Source: Candidatus Kapaibacterium sp.
GTDB lineage: Bacteria > Bacteroidota > Ignavibacteria > Kapaibacteriales > UBA4661
Assembly: GCA_025055035.1 (NCBI GenBank)
Contig: JANWZB010000003.1
Span: forward strand, 641 to 64,640
Reading direction: 5' to 3'
DNA length: 64,000 nucleotides
Each line of letters opens with the position of its first letter. The first letter of the stretch is position 1. Both the position numbers and the translations under genes were made by a program. The notes under the pieces are model-generated. The model did not search any database and had not been told where the DNA came from. It saw nothing but the letters and a program-made list of their open reading frames with translations. Positions 60,423-64,000 of this stretch are shown here, piece after piece.

Positions 60423-61286
60423 TTATGTGTAGCTATAGAACCCCCGCCCTGATTTTCTTCCTAAGTACCCAGCTGCCACCATCTTTTTGAGCAGAGGACA
60501 TGGACGATACTTTGGGTCTCCAAGCCCTTCGTGTAAAACGTTCATGATTGCCAAGCAGGTGTCCAAACCAATAAAGTCAGCCAATGTAAGGGGTCCCATA
60601 GGATGATTCATACCCAGTTTCATCACTGTATCAATATCTTCCACACTTGCCACATTTTCCATGACGCAGTACACTGCTTCATTAATCATTGGCATGAGAA
60701 TGCGATTCGATATAAAACCGGGATAGTCCTGCACTTCTACGGGAGTCTTGCCAAGCCTCAGTGCAAGTTCTCGCGTTATCGTATATACCTCATCAGTCGT
60801 TGCAAGACCACGAATAATCTCACACAATTTCATCACTGGTACAGGATTAAAAAAGTGCATTCCAATAACTTTATCGGGACGCGCTGTGCTAGTAGCTATT
60901 TCTGTGATGGAAATTGATGAGGTGTTTGTGGCAAGGATGACTTCTGGCGGGCAGTGCTCATCTATAGTACGAAACAACTGTTGTTTGAGCTGCATGCTTT
61001 CTATTGCAGCTTCGACTACAAAATGTGCCGTACTACACACCTCTTCAAGACACGTCGAAATGCTAATACGTGCTAGCGTTGCATTCTTCTCGTCTTCTTT
61101 CACAACACCTTTTTTCACCTGACGGTCAAGATTGGCTGCAATCGTTGAAATAGCACGTTCAAGAATCTCCGTGTTCACATCTACAATTGTTGTTCGAAAT
61201 CCATACTGTGCAAACGTGTGCGCTATGCCATTGCCCATAGTGCCCGCACCAACAACAAGTACATTCTGAATAGCTTCAATTGTCAT
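60423..61286 (-). CDS. hbd: 3-hydroxybutyryl-CoA dehydrogenase
   Basis: [14 protein letters not shown] Rossmann motif and a 3HCDH C-terminal domain. Start at MTIEAIQ (rc ATG at 61284-61286). Confidence 0.8.
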   Translation of the reverse strand: MTIEAIQNVLVVGAGTMGNGIAHTFAQYGFRTTIVDVNTEILERAISTIAANLDRQVKKGVVKEDEKNATLARISISTCLEEVCSTAHFVVEAAIESMQLKQQLFRTIDEHCPPEVILATNTSSISITEIATSTARPDKVIGMHFFNPVPVMKLCEIIRGLATTDEVYTITRELALRLGKTPVEVQDYPGFISNRILMPMINEAVYCVMENVASVEDIDTVMKLGMNHPMGPLTLADFIGLDTCLAIMNVLHEGLGDPKYRPCPLLKKMVAAGYLGRKSGRGFYSYT

Positions 61287-61381
61287 AACGTGCAACATGA
61301 TACAGTGAGTGAATATGTGAAAGGGTGGATTGCCTGAAACATGGTCATTTCTCGTCACTGACAGCATCACATGCGCAAGAT

Positions 61382-62155
61382 TCAACTAAATAATGATCTT
61401 TGCTTGCTACTAGCACACGCTGCCGATGCTGCAAGTTCGCTCAATGCGATGGGTTCTATCATGGAAGCATCATCAGCATTGATTGCATTCACACGTGTTG
61501 ACACAGGGTACATCTCGAATACTTCAGACGGTAATGGTTTCAGTAAATTTCTCAAGCTCTCGAGAGATTCATGCTGATGAAGCCATACATCTTCGCCTTC
61601 TGGGGTTAGTACAACAGCCATGCGATGATGAACCGTAGCAATGAGCTCATTTGGCTGAGTTGTGATGATGGTACATGTTGTTACTACATCGCCTGTTGCA
61701 GGGTTGTTCCACTCTTCCCACAATCCTGCCATACCAAAGAGACCACCACCCTTTAATTGCACATATATTGGCTGTTTTTTTGGTGGTGGATGTGATAACA
61801 ATGTACTAGTATGATCAGATAGATTCTTCCATTCATAGAAGCCATTAGCTACAACCAAACAACGGCGTTTGCGGAAGGCATCCTTGAACGACGGCTTTTC
61901 GTGCAGTGTTTCTGCGCGTGCATTAATAAGCTTATAAGCAAGAGATGCATCACGAGACCATGATGGAATAAGACCCCACCGCGCTATTTCGACAGTACGA
62001 CCATACTCTCTAGACGTAATAATTGGCACTTCCTGTGTAGGTGCAATATTATAGCGTGGCGTAGAAAGTTTTCTTTCTACCTCAGCTGACATCGTCGCAC
62101 GAAATCGCTGCTGCACGTCGGATGGCTTTGCAAACATTGTGTAGCGACCACACAT
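61382..62155 (-). CDS. SOS response-associated peptidase (SRAP/YedK family)
   Basis: Starts MCGRY with Cys2 as nucleophile. Conserved ...GLWEEW... core. 257 aa from the corrected start. Confidence 0.75.
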   Translation of the reverse strand: MCGRYTMFAKPSDVQQRFRATMSAEVERKLSTPRYNIAPTQEVPIITSREYGRTVEIARWGLIPSWSRDASLAYKLINARAETLHEKPSFKDAFRKRRCLVVANGFYEWKNLSDHTSTLLSHPPPKKQPIYVQLKGGGLFGMAGLWEEWNNPATGDVVTTCTIITTQPNELIATVHHRMAVVLTPEGEDVWLHQHESLESLRNLLKPLPSEVFEMYPVSTRVNAINADDASMIEPIALSELAASAACASSKQRSLFS

Positions 62156-62790
62156 ACATGCTCTTAGACTCAAGCTTGTGAGAAAGTTCCGTGGTATTTT
62201 TGCATACCATGAAATTACAATCATCATCTGCAAATCTAGCGCTTTCGTTGAAGAAAATGAAAAAATTGCGTACTGCCATTAGGCATTTCTAACAATCTTG
62301 CAAGAATTGGAAATCATTGTTACAATGTTTATATTTGCGGAGTACAACCACTACGTATTGCTCTTGCCACTTTGCACCAAAGTTTGATACAATGAGGCTG
62401 CGTACACTAACATCTTCTTCTCTTGGCTCGCACCCTATGAAGGGAACTATCCGGGGAGGCTCATTCCTCAGCAGCCAGCGTGTACGCTCGTATTTTCTGC
62501 GCATTATTTCTCTTGCAAGCTGCATAAGTCCTACTGTGATTCTTGCCTCTTAAACCTCCAAATTAACAAGGTTCCTCTTGCTATCTTTCAACTGCTGAGC
62601 TAGTTTGGTTTGTGCACACCATAGACACATCCCGTCCTTTCTGCTTTCTCGACAGCACGTCCACAGGAGCGCTGCATAGCATAAACCTGTACACGGCCTG
62701 CTTACGATAACGGAAAATTTTTCGACAATCGTTACATACAACCAACAAGTTCACTATAATCTTGACAACTAGTTTCACTGGAGAACAGCT

Positions 62791-64000
62791 ATGGCAACAC
62801 CATCTGCTTCCGTCGCCACCCCTATGAGCAATGGGAACGGCACACATGCGAAAAAGATGCACCACTCATTGTTTTTACCAACAAACATTCCTGCACAGCA
62901 TGTTCACTCTACGCTTCGCCAGCATATGCTTGCAGACGGTTTCGATATGGTGCTCGATTTACATGGCAGCAAAGGCTCGTATATGATAGACGCTGCTACG
63001 GGTGAGCGTTTTCTGGATTTATTCACATGCTTTGCCTCTATGCCTATTGGCATGAATCACCCAAAACTTTCTGATCCAGAGTTTATCTACTATCTTGGCA
63101 TGGTAGCGCTGAATAAGCCTTCCAACTCCGATCTGTACACCGAAGAAATGGCAGCGTTTGTTGATACATTTTTTAAGCTCGCCGTACCTAAGCACTTTGC
63201 GTATAGCTTCTACGTTGAAGGTGGTGCTCTGGCAAACGAAAATGCTATGAAAGCAGCATTCGATTGGAAAGTGCAAAAGAACTTCAGCAAAGGCTACCGG
63301 TATGAGCGCGGTCACCGCGTTATGCACTTCCGCCAAGCATTTCATGGTCGGTCAGGTTACACTATGTCGCTCACGAATACCGATGAAAAGAAAGTGCGTT
63401 ACTTTCCAAAGTTTCAGGATTGGCCTCGTATTATCAATCCTGCTATGCGTTTTCCGCTCACACCAGAAAATCTAGAGCACACTATAGCTCTGGAGAAACA
63501 GGCTCTTGAAGAGATGAAGCAAGCATTCTTCGAAATGAAAGATGAGATCGCTGCGATTATCATTGAACCGATTCAGGGTGAAGGTGGTGATAATCATTTT
63601 CGTCCCGAGTTTCTGCAAACACTTCGTCAGCTTTGCGATGAAAACGACGCGCTGCTAATTTTCGACGAAGTGCAAACAGGTGTTGGCATTACAGGAACAT
63701 GGTGGGCACACGAACAGTTAGGTGTGCAACCAGATCTGATGACGTTTGGGAAAAAAATGCAAGTCTGTGGTGTCCTTGCCAGTAAGAGATTAGACGAAGT
63801 CCCCGATAATGTTTTTCACGTTCCTGGGCGCATCAACTCTACGTGGGGAGGCAATCTCGTCGATATGGTGCGAGCTGCTCGATATTTGCACATCATTCAC
63901 GAAGAAAATATGTTGCAGAATGCTAGGACAGTTGGTCAGTATTTAGTTTCCCAGATTACCACACTAGCGCAAGAATTTCCATCACTGATCAGCAATCCGC
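62791..64000 (+). CDS. lat: L-lysine 6-transaminase (class III aminotransferase), 3'-partial at window edge
   Basis: Open frame from ATG 62791 to the window end, not in the ORF track. Translation shows VLDLHGSKGSYMIDAATGERFLD, LSLTNTD, EPIQGEGGDNHFRPEF, LIFDEVQTGVG.TGTWWA, GKKMQVCGV and NSTWGGNLVDMVRA. This closely matches mycobacterial/streptomycete LAT. Confidence 0.8.
   Translation, partial: MATPSASVATPMSNGNGTHAKKMHHSLFLPTNIPAQHVHSTLRQHMLADGFDMVLDLHGSKGSYMIDAATGERFLDLFTCFASMPIGMNHPKLSDPEFIYYLGMVALNKPSNSDLYTEEMAAFVDTFFKLAVPKHFAYSFYVEGGALANENAMKAAFDWKVQKNFSKGYRYERGHRVMHFRQAFHGRSGYTMSLTNTDEKKVRYFPKFQDWPRIINPAMRFPLTPENLEHTIALEKQALEEMKQAFFEMKDEIAAIIIEPIQGEGGDNHFRPEFLQTLRQLCDENDALLIFDEVQTGVGITGTWWAHEQLGVQPDLMTFGKKMQVCGVLASKRLDEVPDNVFHVPGRINSTWGGNLVDMVRAARYLHIIHEENMLQNARTVGQYLVSQITTLAQEFPSLISNP

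Noticed and set aside
62390-62470. Minus-strand segment GAGGAAUGAGCCUCCCCGGAUAG...CAUAGGGUGC vaguely reminiscent of RNase P RNA P4/CR-I motifs.
   Set aside because: It lacks the universal AGGAAAGUCCGG core and the other conserved RNase P regions. Likely coincidental.
1-64000. Scan for CRISPR arrays, tRNA or rRNA genes, and IS elements or integrases.
   Set aside because: No repeat-spacer arrays were found; the only tandem repeats have 2 copies. I recognised no tRNA-like T-loop or cloverleaf candidates and no rRNA segments. No transposase or integrase-like ORF is present. A by-eye scan of 64 kb could miss a single tRNA.

Overview
The window looks like a chromosomal core region of a bacterium with roughly 48-50% GC. 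I see about 57 protein-coding genes, densely packed, with several 1-nt or 4-nt stop/start overlaps. I found no rRNA, tRNA, CRISPR array, transposase or integrase.

The protein families present include a MoxR ATPase, DUF58, DUF4175-, DUF4197- and DUF4397-like proteins, a SPOR-domain protein, a PIG-L fusion protein and a Bat-like gene neighbourhood. A Bacteroidetes-type -33/-7 promoter motif also occurs. Together these suggest a Bacteroidota/Chlorobiota-like (FCB group) organism. That placement is inference only.

Recognisable housekeeping genes are murG, murF, uvrA, fabZ, gmk, hisH, recX, phoH, polX, argG, argC, argB, an argE-like M20 peptidase, a leuB-family dehydrogenase and suhB. At the 3' edge there is a partial L-lysine 6-transaminase gene (lat) that the ORF track does not list because it has no stop inside the window.

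The regions most worth a second look are:
- A MoxR-ATPase neighbourhood at 29.5-38.2 kb. It contains a 1196-aa membrane-anchored Q/E/M-rich coiled-coil protein, a repeat-built secreted protein and a DUF58 partner. The divergent promoter region inside it carries two different tandem direct repeats.
- A gmk / SAM-methyltransferase / MlaE operon whose three genes are linked by two TGATG stop-start overlaps.
- A compound repeat array at 6.5 kb, made of four copies of an AAGTAAA core in -,+,+,- orientation.
- A putative ATP-grasp enzyme carrying a histone-H1-like Lys/Thr-rich tail.
- An AT-rich block encoding an Rrf2 regulator, UspA, a cytochrome c and an outer-membrane protein with an HExxH motif.
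- An unusually long 635-bp divergent intergenic region upstream of lat.

All family assignments are from reading motifs by eye. None has been confirmed by a database search.
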